Shown here: one piece after another, positions 38,956 to 51,227 of the stretch
Numbering within the stretch: the stretch's first letter is position 1
How the letters are laid out: each line of letters opens with the position of its first letter
Assembly: GCA_003971905.1 (NCBI GenBank)
Contig: RSEE01000115.1
Coordinates: 124,001 to 188,000 of the forward strand
Direction: 5' to 3'
Origin: Moniliella sp. 'wahieum'
Lineage: Eukaryota
Length of the DNA stretch: 64,000 nt
Notes under the pieces: model-generated
The model's input: only the letters and a program-made list of their open reading frames with translations
Databases searched by the model: none
What the model was told of the DNA's origin: nothing
Position numbers and translations under genes: made by a program

Positions 38956-40373
38956 ACTCAATAGCCAAATCCTTCCAAAAGGAGACGCCCTTTACCATGA
39001 TAGATTGTGATTTATTGTGGGGGGTCTCTCCACCACTGGTCTGTCTCGGGTGCCCCAAACAATGGTTGAGCGCACAGTGCCTGTCTAAACATCCTGAAAG
39101 GAAACTCTTCTTCATTAACTTCGTCGTGTGAGTGCTGGAACATCACTGCGTCGATCTGTGCACTGAAGATGTATAGATGATACTAACGTCAATGTTGACG
39201 AAGATGATGGATGGGATCTCGCGACGGCATATCATGATACGCATAGTGCATAGAAGGGAATGTAGACGGAGTCCCTCCTTCTACCGTTGTTGCGACTGTT
39301 TATATGTGGATTTTGAGTATTACAGAGACGGTGGCTGTGATTTGGTGACGAACAACTTGCCAAGGCGTGCTTTTGTGAACGTTGAGATGGGATCACAACA
39401 GTCCTAGAGTCCTCCTGTTATGGATTTTGGGCGATGTCGTCTCGCATGACACCAATATAAACTGCACAACCAATAAGATTCAAAAGAGAGGAAGAGAGAT
39501 ACAAAAGTGAAAAAACGAGAGCCAATGCATATATAACACATAGTTGTGTGGTTTTGCGAAGGGCAGAGACAGAACTACCAAAAGCAAACACAACTAATGA
39601 TTAACGATTATCGATTACGGGGGGAAAGGAATCTAGCTCCGACGGATGCGCCACGGCCATGTAGCTCGCCATGCTGTAACGAGATAGGCTTACTGCTTAT
39701 TTCCCCCGATGCACCTGATGGTGGTACAAAAATGAACGGTGGTTGGGTTTTAAGTTACGGAAGAGTCGGCGTTCCAGGCTCTTGGCTTTTCAATGGTCGA
39801 CTGTGTGTGTGTTTTTTTCTACGGCTAGTGCGTCCAGCTATTAAACAGATGGCCGAGACAGGCGGCCGAGACAGACGGCCGAGGTACATTGTCAGGCCCG
39901 GACTGGGGGGCCATTGGTCCGAGCCCGCCATGGAAGGGTAACTTGAATCCCTGCCAGCGCATTATCGTGCTGGCATCTTGTCCTAATGGCTATAGTGAGT
40001 GACTAGTGACTGGCGCATTGCTGAGCCGCGCTGGCGCTGAAAGCCGAAAACTGAAACGCCCAGTTGTCTTGCACAGCTGCGGACGGTTCCCAGGCGTACC
40101 CCCCGGCGAGGGCTGTGTACCATACTTGGTCTCGATAATCGATAATCGGTAACCGGACAGCGCTTGATCGATGATCAGCAGGAGAGGGTGTTAGCATGTG
40201 ATGCGCGTGACAGAGGATGCGATGATGTCACGTGCATCATACGCACCAACGTCATGATGCATGATCTAGTTGCTCGAACTTGCTCCTGGCGGGTTTGGGG
40301 GGTGTTGTCGCCTCGCCCTTCTCTTTCGTCTCACCACGAACTCCTCCCTAGTCGACTCTACCTTCTGGACGCC

Positions 40374-40943
40374 ATGTGCGACGACATCTTCTTCTGTATG
40401 TGGCGCTCTGCTCTCTGACCGCAGCTAACCCTTTCGCAAGGCATCCCCATTGTATTTGGTGCGAGAGCACCTGAAACAGACAGACACCACTCCTCATGGT
40501 ACGTCCATTCACCGCCACTCATGTGTGGTACTAACCTCGCACTGTGCCTGTCTCCGCCCTTCCCCCTCTCTGTTTTCCCTTCTACAGTATGGTACGTTCT
40601 TCTAACCCATGTGCGGCCTGATGGTTCCCCGTTTCTCCACTAACTCTGTCTCCCCTCTCAGTCCACGATGCCACAATGCTCAGGTCGTCTCGGCCCGGAC
40701 ACGGCGGTGGTTCACGCTCTGCTGGATTCCTCTGATTGTATGTGTACTCATAGTATTGCGTGTCATTCGTTCTAACCGCTTCACTAGCCTACGTCCTCGT
40801 CCAATATCTGGGTGTGTGGTATTTGCCAGTGGCGGGCCGACCAGAACGGGTCTTACCAGCCGCCGTTGGCCGGAGCCGGGGGGTACGGTGGCCCAGGCGG
40901 GCCGTATGGCGCCCCACAAGGGTACCCGCCACAGCAATACTGA
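40374..40943 (+). CDS. Small zinc-ribbon protein (two CxxC pairs, zinc_ribbon_15-like), 5 exons including a 4-nt microexon
   Basis: Spliced: MCDDIFFCIPIVFG...TTPHVCPRCHNAQVVSARTRRWFTLCWIPLIPTSSSNIWVCGICQW...PPQQY*; introns 40396-40440, 40499-40587, 40592-40661 and 40738-40787, each with CTAAC. Confidence 0.85.
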
Positions 40944-41451
40944 GAGGACCCACTGTTTCCTGTTTTCCAATGCCAAGCTGTCAGCGCCGTGTGATCCTTT
41001 GCTTGTGGGGGATGGTGCTAATGTGCACAGGATGCACACACCGCAACCAAGTTTCTTTTTGTACTGTGGATGTATTTGCTGTTTCCCATCTCGTGCCCTT
41101 GGCTGGCACGTTGCTGCCCCTTGGGGGGATTGAGCCGCAGCCTGTGATCTGCCAGTGTCTGTCCCTGCACGCATGCCCTAGGTGGTGCGCACGTCGAGCG
41201 ACATGGGCACGGGCCCCAAGAGATGCGCCTAAGCGAGCAACAAAATAATGGCGAAATAAAAGAAAACCCATATTAGATCGAGGCGGCAGGCGACAGCTGA
41301 CATCAGCACATCACCCATCATGCTCATGCATCGGCACGCATCCCACCGTCGCACCGACCACCTGCCCGGTGGCGGCGCCTGACGCCCTCAGGCAGCTTAT
41401 CACGACAACTCAAGCCCCCGCCACCACCACACCGCCACCACTGCCACACCC

Positions 41452-43000
41452 ATGAGCGAGAAGCGCGGTCCTCCACTGCCCGTCGAAGAGGGCGTGCTTC
41501 TACTTGAGCAGCCCTTGCTCCACGCCCCCTACGATGAGCTGAGGCGCGCCTGCGCACCCACCAGCGGCTGACGGAACAGGAGTTCCGCCACTGTCATCAT
41601 ATCCTCGCCCCTCTGCGTCCGGGTAAGCACACCACGCCAGCGCCTGTCGCTGCGCGGACCAAGCATGCCCGCCACCACGCACCCGACCCAGCTGCGTCTC
41701 CCGATGTGTCGATGGAAACAGATGAAGATGCGCGCGCGGCGGCTGCGGCCGCAGCTGAGCGGCGCGCTCGGACCGCCCAGGCCCGGGCGCTGGCCCCAAC
41801 AGTCAACCCCAAGCTCACCCCCGAGGCCCAGGCAGCAGGCGCGGCGGCTGCTGCTGTGCGCACGACTCTGAATCGTCTGAAGGAATTACGGAAATGGTAT
41901 GCCCGTTCCCCCGTATTTGCCCCAGTGGAATCCTACTAACCCAACGCAGCTGGAGCCCCTTGCGCGACACATGGGGTCGACAGTGGATGCGACCCAGGAG
42001 CGGGTACTGCATTTGGATGAACTACACACAATCCTCGAACGGGCTCCGAGCTCGCGATCCGTTCTGGTCCCAGCGCCTAAGGCGGACAACGAAGACAGGG
42101 ATCAGGATAACGATGGGGACGATCCTGGCGAAGCGTTTGAGAATTGGACGTCCCAACGGCTGGATCGTATGCTTGTCGACTACCTCCTGCGACAAAAATA
42201 TCCGCGTACTGCAGCACATCTTGCCCAAACGCGGCACATTGAGCCGCTGGTGGATCGGGAGTTGTTCGGAGAGATGGATGCGGTGGAAGCCACACTGGCC
42301 CCAGGTGCACAACCTGCCAGTTGCGCTGCCGCTCTGGCCTGGTGTGTTGAGAATAAAGCCGCGCTGAGGAAGGCCAAGTCAACGCTTGAGTTTGAACTAC
42401 GTCTGCAAGAATACATTGAGTTGGTGCGGGTGCGCACACCAGCGTCGCTCGAACAAGCAATCCAGTATGCCCGCAAACATCTTGTCCCGTACACGGAGGA
42501 GGAGGCGTTGCGGACCACAGTGTTCCGTGCGCTGGGCCTGCTAGCGTGCGACCCGGCCTCCCATGTCAATATGTACCCCGAGTTTGGCCCCGAGCGATGG
42601 GCGGCGCTACGAAGCAAGTTCCGCGCCACGGCGCTGGAGATTCACTCGCTTCCTCCGCAACCCAGCTTGCATTGGCTCTCAGTGCAGGATTGAGTGCGCT
42701 CAAGCTGCCGGACTGCTATCATGACCCCAACCCTGACTGCCCGACGTGCGCTCAGGACAAGTTGGGCCGGCTGGCGCAGGAGGTGCCGTGGTCTCACCAC
42801 GTCAACTCGACGCTCATATGCCGATTGACGGGCAAGGTGATGAACGATGATGACCCCCCGCTTGTCCTACCCAATGGGCGAGTCTACTCCACCTCAGGAT
42901 GGAGGAGTTGGCCCGCTCCAGTATCACGCGCGAGGTGGTGGACCCGGCCACGGGCGATAAGTTTGCGTTGAACGAGGCACGCAAGATGTTTATCTCCTAA
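41452..43000 (+). CDS. FYV10: GID/CTLH complex subunit Fyv10/Gid9 (MAEA)
   Basis: LLLEQPLL..PYDELRR, LisH RLDRMLVDYLLR, CTLH ALAWCVENKAALRKAKSTLEFELRLQEYIELVR, LSAGLSALK, degenerate RING CPTC..VPWSHHVNSTLIC..LPNGRVYS; frameshifts. Confidence 0.93.
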
Positions 43001-43538
43001 GCACAATGGTTGCTTGGTTTCGGAGCTTGTGTATCCTATTCTGTACAGGAAACGTATGAGCTCCCTTTCGCGGCCATGCGGGACCAGTTCGATCAGTGCT
43101 CAGCGCTCAGCGCGTTGAACGCAATAGATGTTTGCATGTACCTTTGTCCGTTGGGTTGGGTAGGCCACTGGTGGGTATGGCTGCGCTCACGCGCGCGACA
43201 TTCACTCTGTAGCATGTCCGCCCGTAAAGTTTACTGCACAGATAGTCCACCACTTACATTTTGCCTCTACTTACTGCACCAGCTTGTTTTTCTTCTCGGG
43301 GACTTGCGAGATCAGCCGTTTAGCTTTAGCACGTTGGGGGGGAGGGGGCGCTGTGGACAAGAGCCTATATGATCGGATGTGGCTTAGGCGTTTTACCGTA
43401 CCTTCACTGTCACCGGTGTTACTTTCTGATCAGAGTGCAACCTGTAACTTGCGTCGAATACCCGGGCCGACGGGGAGGAGCGTTAGTTTAATGATGTTGG
43501 GCAAACTCCTTAATCAGAGGGAAAATAAAGGGTCAAGC

Positions 43539-43832
43539 TGTCAAGATGAAGACGCGGGTCGTTACCGACGCTACCTACTAGAAAACAATGCGGAAATTGT
43601 ACGACCAGGCAACGTCAGGAACAACTACGGATGGAGGAAAAGGAAGACATAAGCACGAAGTGCTAGTTTAGTAGTATCGCTTATTGTACTCCTGGAATAG
43701 TGATCCCATTGGTATCTGGCGCTGAACTGAGGTAGTCTTTATCTTTGGATCTGCGGGCCTTACCAAGACCGTTTTTATTCATCAACAGGAGGTGGTGAAA
43801 ACGAGAGGCCAACAACTTATACTACCCCAACA
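43539..43832 (-). mobile_element. Possible short LTR-like segment where the copia element is cut off
   Basis: TG..CA ends (minus strand TGTTGG...TTGACA) and an internal AATAAA; no TSD and no match to the 5' LTR remnant. Confidence 0.25.
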
Positions 43833-43839
43833 TGAAGCT

Positions 43840-45660
43840 CGGGCGGCGCGCTTTGCAGCTGGGGTCGAACAGCAGAAATCTGCTTGCTGGTCACTTGGTC
43901 TTTGCTGGCAGTGACTTCGTGTCTGCTGCCAGCCGACCAAGAGGGCAATGACCGAAAGTCAGGTGTGGGCAGCTCTAACGTGCTCCACGAGCTTCTGGGT
44001 CGCGGGTTTCGCAGGTGCGGGAGCGGCAAGCTGGTCAAGCTCCGGAATCTCGGCTGCGTTCGCTAGGGCCACGACCCCCCCCGATGCCGGAATGACAGTG
44101 TCTCTCGCACTGTCACTCCGCGGTGACGGGAGCAAAGGAAGGCGCCCATCTTTGCTTTCGACAAGGTGGAACTGGTCGGGGTACTTGCCGATCAGTATCG
44201 CACCGTCGTCCCGGTGGATTACACTCAGGCCGACACTATGAAGGTGTTGGACTGAGAGCAAATTCTGTGACAGACTAGGTACGTGGTAGCTTCCAGGCAA
44301 AGTGAGTTTCAAGGGAGATCCATTTTTAAGTGGGACTTGGAAGGCACTGGTGCCTTTCCCTTTGACACAAATCACTCTGTTGTCGGCTACGCGCACACCT
44401 TCGGTCGCAGGCCGTGTGCTGATGAACATTTGCTTATCCTTGAGCAGCGAAGGCTTGGCACCAGAGTCGAGAAGGGCGACAACTGGCTCGCGGCGAGAAG
44501 GGGCGGGCCTGGAGTTTCCACTCGGCCCCACGTATCCTATTCGTCATCGTCATCGTTGGCGTCAACGACGGCGGGGGCCGTGACTTCGGCCTTGTGAGCT
44601 TGGCCCTGCTTGTTTTGCTGGTAGGGCTGATGCTATTTCTTGGGGGCAAACCCGTTGCCCGATCCAGACGGTTTGCCGGGCCGGTAAGGAGGAGGGGCGG
44701 GCTTGCTGGCGTTGGCCGGTGCCTAGTACGCAGTCTTAGTGCTGACGTCGGAAGCGTTGTTCACTGCTTTTCCGACTGAGATGGCAATCGCGTACGCTTC
44801 GTCGTAGGTGGCGTGGCGCGGGATGCGTGGCTGGAACTCAGGGGCCAGGCCCGCTGCAAGGCAGGCGACGAGCATGTCGTCCGGACAGGACGACACATAG
44901 CTCTGCAGGCAGCGGCGCGCGGCGTCGAAACGACCCACGTACCCGGCGCCAGTGTCCTTGCCTTGCTTGACGGAAGCCAGGTTGACAACTGCGGCGCCGA
45001 CGTCCTCCCACAGCTTGACTCTGTGCTGCTTTTGGCTCTTCAGGGCTTCGGGGATCAGCACGTTCCGTTCGCGCCCGGGTTCCGCCTTGTCATGATAGAG
45101 GTCGACGAGCGTGAGCATGAAAGTCTCTCTTCCATGTCGGGGAAGGCCGCCGAGATGATCTCGATGGCGTCCTTGAAGCTTATGCCCTTGTTCTTTTCGA
45201 GTATGCGCTTCATGATGTATTTCTGCTGCTCCGTGGGACATCCGATCCCACTTTTGAAGTCAACAGAATCCAGGAATCCCTTGTCGAGAGACGGCGCACG
45301 AGGTAAAGCTCTCTGGCCAAGGCGTCCGTGGTGATGGAGGCCTCGGTCTTGTGGGGTTTGCTCTCGATGCTCATCTTGCGCTTCTGGGTGGTTGTGGGTT
45401 GGGAAAGAAGCGGGCGGGATCCAGTAAGGCAGATGGAGTCGGTTGCCTCGTCATCAATTTGCGATGCTGTGAGGGAATCGTCGTTGAAGGACATGGGCTC
45501 GCTTGCGAGTCTTGCTCTGCGAAATTCGGGTCTGGTCGCCTCAGAGGTGATTGCAGACTCGATCCAGCTAGCTCTGGCGGGTCAGAGGTGGGCTCGATAA
45601 CCTGTCGGAGGAATCTGTCCAGCGATCTGCTACCGGTGAGGAGGGAGATGGTGGACTAAG
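43840..45660 (-). mobile_element. Truncated Ty1/copia LTR retrotransposon (5' LTR remnant, PBS, gag, protease, gag-pre-integrase; no IN core, RT or RNase H)
   Basis: Protease LLDSGA..VRVADNR..GKG..YHVPSLSQNLLSV; HVRAAH pre-integrase-like motif; helical gag-like ORFs 45494-44723; on the minus strand the LTR end ...CCGACA (45603) is followed by GGTTATCGAGCCC, a copia half-tRNAiMet-type PBS. Confidence 0.88.
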
Positions 45661-45739
45661 GAATGAATTACTGGGGCAAAAACCTAGGTAAGATCTACCC
45701 CGGGATGGAATAAACCGGAGGCGGAATAGGCTGTGGGCC

Positions 45740-46145
45740 GCAGGTGGCGTCTCACTCAACAGAAGGTGGTACATGAGATCATGGCCACGCCTTTGGAACG
45801 GAATGCTGGGAGAAGGGCTGCATCGGCTGCTGGAACAAGTAATAGAATGCGACAAGAACGCCAAGTACCAGGGATGCACCCAAGAACCGTTTTCCCTTTT
45901 GGTTTTGAGGACGCTAGGAGGATCTATGCCATCAAGTCAACGGGCAAGATGCTTGGGAACTGAAAGGAATTAACTACGGAGTGTCATTGGAGAGATGGTT
46001 CACCGCTCGGTTGTCTACCACGTTCATCCTATCCAAACGCGCTACCTACTCGAGTATGGGAACGGATGACGGGCGCCAGAAGGTCCTGATTTCCTGGCGA
46101 GTCCCCTGGCTCCTATAAATGGGGTTGACGCTACCAAGCAACACG
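45740..46145 (+). repeat. Decayed dispersed repeat family, copy C
   Basis: Shares TCGGCTGCTGGAACAAG, AGAATGCGACAAGAA, GCCAAGTAC, CTGGCGA..CCCCTG with copy A. Confidence 0.82.
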
Positions 46146-47390
46146 TGACACGCCGGATAAACAGGCTCAGTGCATTGAGCTCAGCCGCCGAACAAGAGCG
46201 CACAGTCTTCGGTTAGCCAGACGAGGGAGGTATTCAATGCTAAGATGGTACGTGAGATCGTGAGAGCTGTGGGAAAGAGCTGTTGAGAAGATGCAAGTTG
46301 TGAAGAACCTTTTTTCATCAACAGCAGTTGAGATAGATGAGTGAGAAGTCTCTGACATTATTAACATGCAGTGACCACATGTCTGGATGGCCAATAAGTG
46401 AGAGTGTCATTCATTGTGTCCACACACCCAAAAAGCTTCCAATGATTGCCTATTGTGGTGGCTGGATGGCTCATCGACCCATCGGCATCTCCTTCTAAGA
46501 TCAAAAAGCATATTAGAACCATCCATATGATAGAGGAGCCATTCTTACCTAGCTCTCGTTCTGTTGTCCGCCTCTGTGGTCTTTGAACCGCGCACAATCG
46601 CCATCTTGAATAAGGTATTCCCCTGGGCACATAGCTACACCCGGAAGCCACATATCACGAAAAGCGCATATGCCCCCCAAAAGAACAGCCTCCTAGAGGC
46701 GTCATGCATCATGCCCGCGGCATGCATCATGGAGAAGCGATTGAATATTGACGAGACATTGACGAAGTTGTTGCGACGATGTCTGCCTTACCGATCGTGG
46801 TGCACTTCCAGCCTGAGTGCCTGAGCCTCAGGCCTCAAGCTGAGGTCTCACTAGTCCGAGGCACCGCGAGCTCCGAAGATTGCTGATGCGCGCGTAGCGG
46901 CGTAGGCCAAAAGGACTTCTCCTGTAGCCCTCGTCCTGCTTTTCCTATAATACCACGAACGCTTATCGATTATCTCTCGCCCGCGATCGATCGCCTATGC
47001 TATACTGTTCCAAACGCTTCAGTCTGAAGATCCCTTGCGGCCTCTATAGCCGGGTGGACCAGACGTTCCTACAAACTACCGTGGACGTTTGGCGTTTGGT
47101 GGCTACGATTTGACAATAAATCTTCGAACGTCTCGAAGGTTGAGTACGTTGAACATTATTGCGAGAGAGGGCGGAGCGCGTGAATCTTGAAGGCGGCATA
47201 TCTGGCGTCAATTTCAAATAGCCGCCACATTGGTAACACGGCGACGAAGGAGCGCAGGCTTGGGTGCCGGTGGGAGGGCGGGAGGCTTGGCGAGGCCTGC
47301 CGAGACCCAACAAAGGCCACCTGCCACATGCACCGTGCGCCGTCCTCAGCCCTGTGTAACTGATCGTTCTGATCCTTACCGCCTGAGCGT

Positions 47391-47508
47391 GAATTCAATA
47401 TTCAGTGTTCGACGTTCAATATTCAATGTTCAATGTTCAACGTTCAACGTTCAACGTTGAGTTCAACGTTGAGTTTCAACGTTCACGCGTTCACGTTCAG
47501 CGTTCACC
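47391..47508. repeat. Degenerate 7-mer array (GTTCAAC/GTTCAAT/ATTCAAT)n
   Basis: TCA/TGA recurs mostly every 7 bp over about 115 bp. Confidence 0.9.
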
Positions 47509-50500
47509 CTAATGCTCGGCCTCAGTGGGCAATGGAAAAGGGGGGGGACTTGCCATGACTGGCTTTATATCTCTTCAGAGAACTAAACTATTGTGGGAGA
47601 GGCGAGCAATAGCAGGGGAGGAAGCGGTGGAGATGCAATCGGGGACAGGCAACCCGGAGGCGCCATGATATCGACATGAGACCTGAGGCTCAGGCCTGAG
47701 GGGCAGGACAGAGGCGATATAACGCGTAACGGAGTCGCCTCGCGCAATGACAGTATACGTATGATACAAGTAGTACTTACAGCAGCACAGTGGATGCGAT
47801 GTATGTGGCACCCATCCGGACCTGGGAAACCCGCACCCGCAGCCGACCATCCCGCCCGCAATCTGCCATGGCCACTTGTGGGTGACCGGTGAGGGTTCCA
47901 AACAAGATAGTCACGTCCTCGATGAAGAGTGCGCGCGGGGTAGCCGGTAAAAGCTTACATGTTACATGTTACACCTGCGTTACACGTTACGCTTACGCAT
48001 CGTACCTGTAAGCTTTTAAGGCATATCGCGTACGCGTAACGCGTAACGAGTAAAGCTAGTAAGTAGTAACTAGTAACCATTTGACGATAATCGATAATCT
48101 CCGATGGTCACATGTACACAGATATCTATGGCATCTGATGGGGGAAAGGGGATCTTCCGGGCATATATATCTGTTGGAGTGTGGGGTTTGTGTGACGTGT
48201 GACACATACGTGACATGCGATCACCCGTTAAATACTAACGTACCGACGTAAGGTAACGGTCAGCCGCTGCGATAAACGCTACGTGGTAACTAGGTAACTG
48301 GTAACCGGCGTCCGTGTCTTCAGGCCTCAGGCCAGGGCCGCAGGCTTCTTGCCATCCTCGCCCAACGATCGCACCGCAGCAGCTATGCATCGCAGGTATG
48401 TAATCACCCTTGCGGTGTCTTCAGCGGCGTGAAGCTCTTGAAGGTGAGCTTTTGAGCTGGTTGTTGACCGTTGTCGAACTGAAAAGCTGGAAGGCGCCAA
48501 GCTTGAAGCTTGGAGCTTGGCTAGTGCGCGCTGGTGCCGCCCGAGCCGACGTTGTCCGATGTAGAAGCTAGAAAAGGAGAACTTTTGGAAGAAACAGGGC
48601 AATAGTTTGTTTACACTTCGACCAAAAGAGAGCGCACCTCTTAATTCAATGTTTACCTTACCAGCTTTAAGCTTAAGCTTTGAGCTTTACCCGTCACACG
48701 TCACGCGTCACGCGTCATGCATTGTGCACTTGTCGCTTGTTCGATGTTATGCGTGCACCATGGGTGAGTGAGCATGATGAATGATGCAGATGATTAATCA
48801 GATGATTCAGGGTGCGTGCACGAGATGGGGGGACTGGAGGCGAGCGTGGGACCAGATGAGAACGATTTGATGCGTTTTGATATTGACCTTCATACCATTC
48901 AAGGCCACAGGAAAGCCCAGCAATCGCCGGCTGATTGGTCACTATCGTCCAATAGCAAGGAAGGCGATGCATCAGAGCATGAGAGAGCGACACCGTGCGT
49001 CGAGGCTTTTTTCTGCGAGTTTTGGGTTGAGTTTATATATCCGAACCAAGGATGACAAAAGCATCGTGAGGCGTATGATGAAGAGATTGATGAGAGAGAG
49101 GACTAGCTGCCAGTGTGGCGTATGGTACCTGGGGTGCAAAAATCGTAGCATTATATGGGGGGGCTGCTGTTAGTGGGGCGATGCAGCCTATATCATTTGA
49201 GTAGCCAAAAAAGAGAGTACTGAAAAGGCGGTGTGGAACACTGCTTACCCATACCAGTCGACACTAGCCCAGGCCCCAAGGCAGAAGGCCCTAGTGCATC
49301 CTACATTAGCAACAGAAGCATCAGAAGTATCAGAAGAATCGGATCTCTAATTTCAGAAGATCTCTCGGAGGCGCTCAGTACTCAGTGAGTCCGGAGCTCT
49401 GTACTCAGTATCGGCATACATGGCCACCCGGTTAGTGTTGGGCAACACTGCCACGCCATCTGCGCCGCATCGCACACACACACGCGGGGTTAATAGAAAA
49501 AAAACGTATAGTACGTTTTTCGTACGTTATAAAAGGTTTACGTTCGGTATAGTGCACTCACTGTTGTGTTTCTGGTTTCTCGCTCCTGGTTGCTAGTTAC
49601 GCTTACGCGTTACGGGAAATGGGTGGGTAGTAGTGCGTTACGCGTTACGTGTTACATGTGCTAGGCTAAGCGCTAAGCTAAGCGCTAATTCCCACATCTT
49701 CCGCCTGCCTCATGCATCATGCATCCTATTGTATCACCGATGATCGATGCTATTGATTTGATGCAAACGTGCAAACCCAGTGCACTGCCCTCTGCGGGCA
49801 TCTGCGACATGGTGGCAAGACGACGGGCGGCCATGTAACGGAGTACTAGCTAGGGACTAGTGCGTGACAGGGCGCGTGACGTGTGTGATGCGTGACGTGG
49901 GAGGACAGACCAGTGTAGGCTATCCGATGCATGATGCGTGATGGCGTTGTGTGACGCGGTGTTGCGTGTTGTTGCCGACTAGGTGCGGGAGACCCTGTAG
50001 GGCGGGGATCCCTAGATCCCTGGGGACCGGGGACGCAGCTGATGATATGATGGTCGGTGCGGCCGGGATGGGCCGATGATGGGCCGGTGATGAAGCGGTG
50101 ATGGTTTATCGGTAGGCTTGGCTAGGGCCTAGCGGGGCGCGATAGTAGATACATCTAACCATCTAGGTCATCTGTCATCTCGTCATCTCGTCATCTAGCC
50201 ATCTAGTCATCTAGTCATCCAGTTACTAGTCATCTGGTCCTAGGCGCGATGCTGCGTGCTGCTGCAAGCCACGTAGCGCTGCGCTTCGGCGCCGAAATCT
50301 CACCGGCTGCAACTGCGGCGATGGGTGGGGGGGGGGTTTTCAGGCCCTCCCCAGTCAGCGCACCAGCGCGGGGGCTGGCCGCTGGCCCTGAGCCAGAAGC
50401 CTGTTTATAAAAATTGCCAACCATCGTCCCTCGACAAGGGTGGTGTGGGCGAGCATCTGGGCCCAGGCCCAGCGCAGGTCTCAGATCCGTCGCACCCCAC

Positions 50501-51227
50501 CACTCTCTCAGGATGAGCGCTTTGTAGCACCCCTGCGGCGGCCAGGCTGCTTCCAGTTGCTGGTGGCCAGTGACCGCACGGTACCGCCTAACGTCTTACC
50601 GCGCGCCAGGCCTTAAGCCTTAGGCCTTAGGCCTTAGGCCTTACCGGTCTTACCGCGCCCGGTTGCGTTACATGTTCCCGGGCGTCGGTTACCGGATAGG
50701 TTACGTGGTACGGCAACGATCGAGTGACCATCGATCATCGGTCCTCGATCGATCAACCGATCAGCGATCACCACAGTATTAGTCGCTGTCTCGCTGGTTA
50801 TACCACAGCCCCCCCCGTTCCCCCTTCGAAACTAACCCACCCTACCGCAATACAGGTGCTCAGAGCGTGCCCATCTCAGTCTCAGGCGACCGCTGCCCAC
50901 CGAAGAGCACGAGCCTCTCACCCACCATTTCTCTGCCACTCCCATCTTTTCCCGCCCCCGCCTGCCCTCTCCCACGGTCTCTTCTTGTTTCTCCCCACCT
51001 TGCTTCCCGCTAATCTCTCTCGCTCTCAGCTGGCTCTCAGGCCTCAAACTCACATTCACGCCCACACTCTCCTCCCCCGCTCCGCATCTGCCTAGGCAAT
51101 CGCCGCTCTTCCAGCCGCCGGTCCGCTATCAGCCACGCCCCTTTTCTATAGCATTTTTCCTCCCTTCCCCCAAACCCGTCTCGCCGCCCTCCCTTTACTG
51201 CTTCATCTCTTCTGAGCTACCGTTTTA

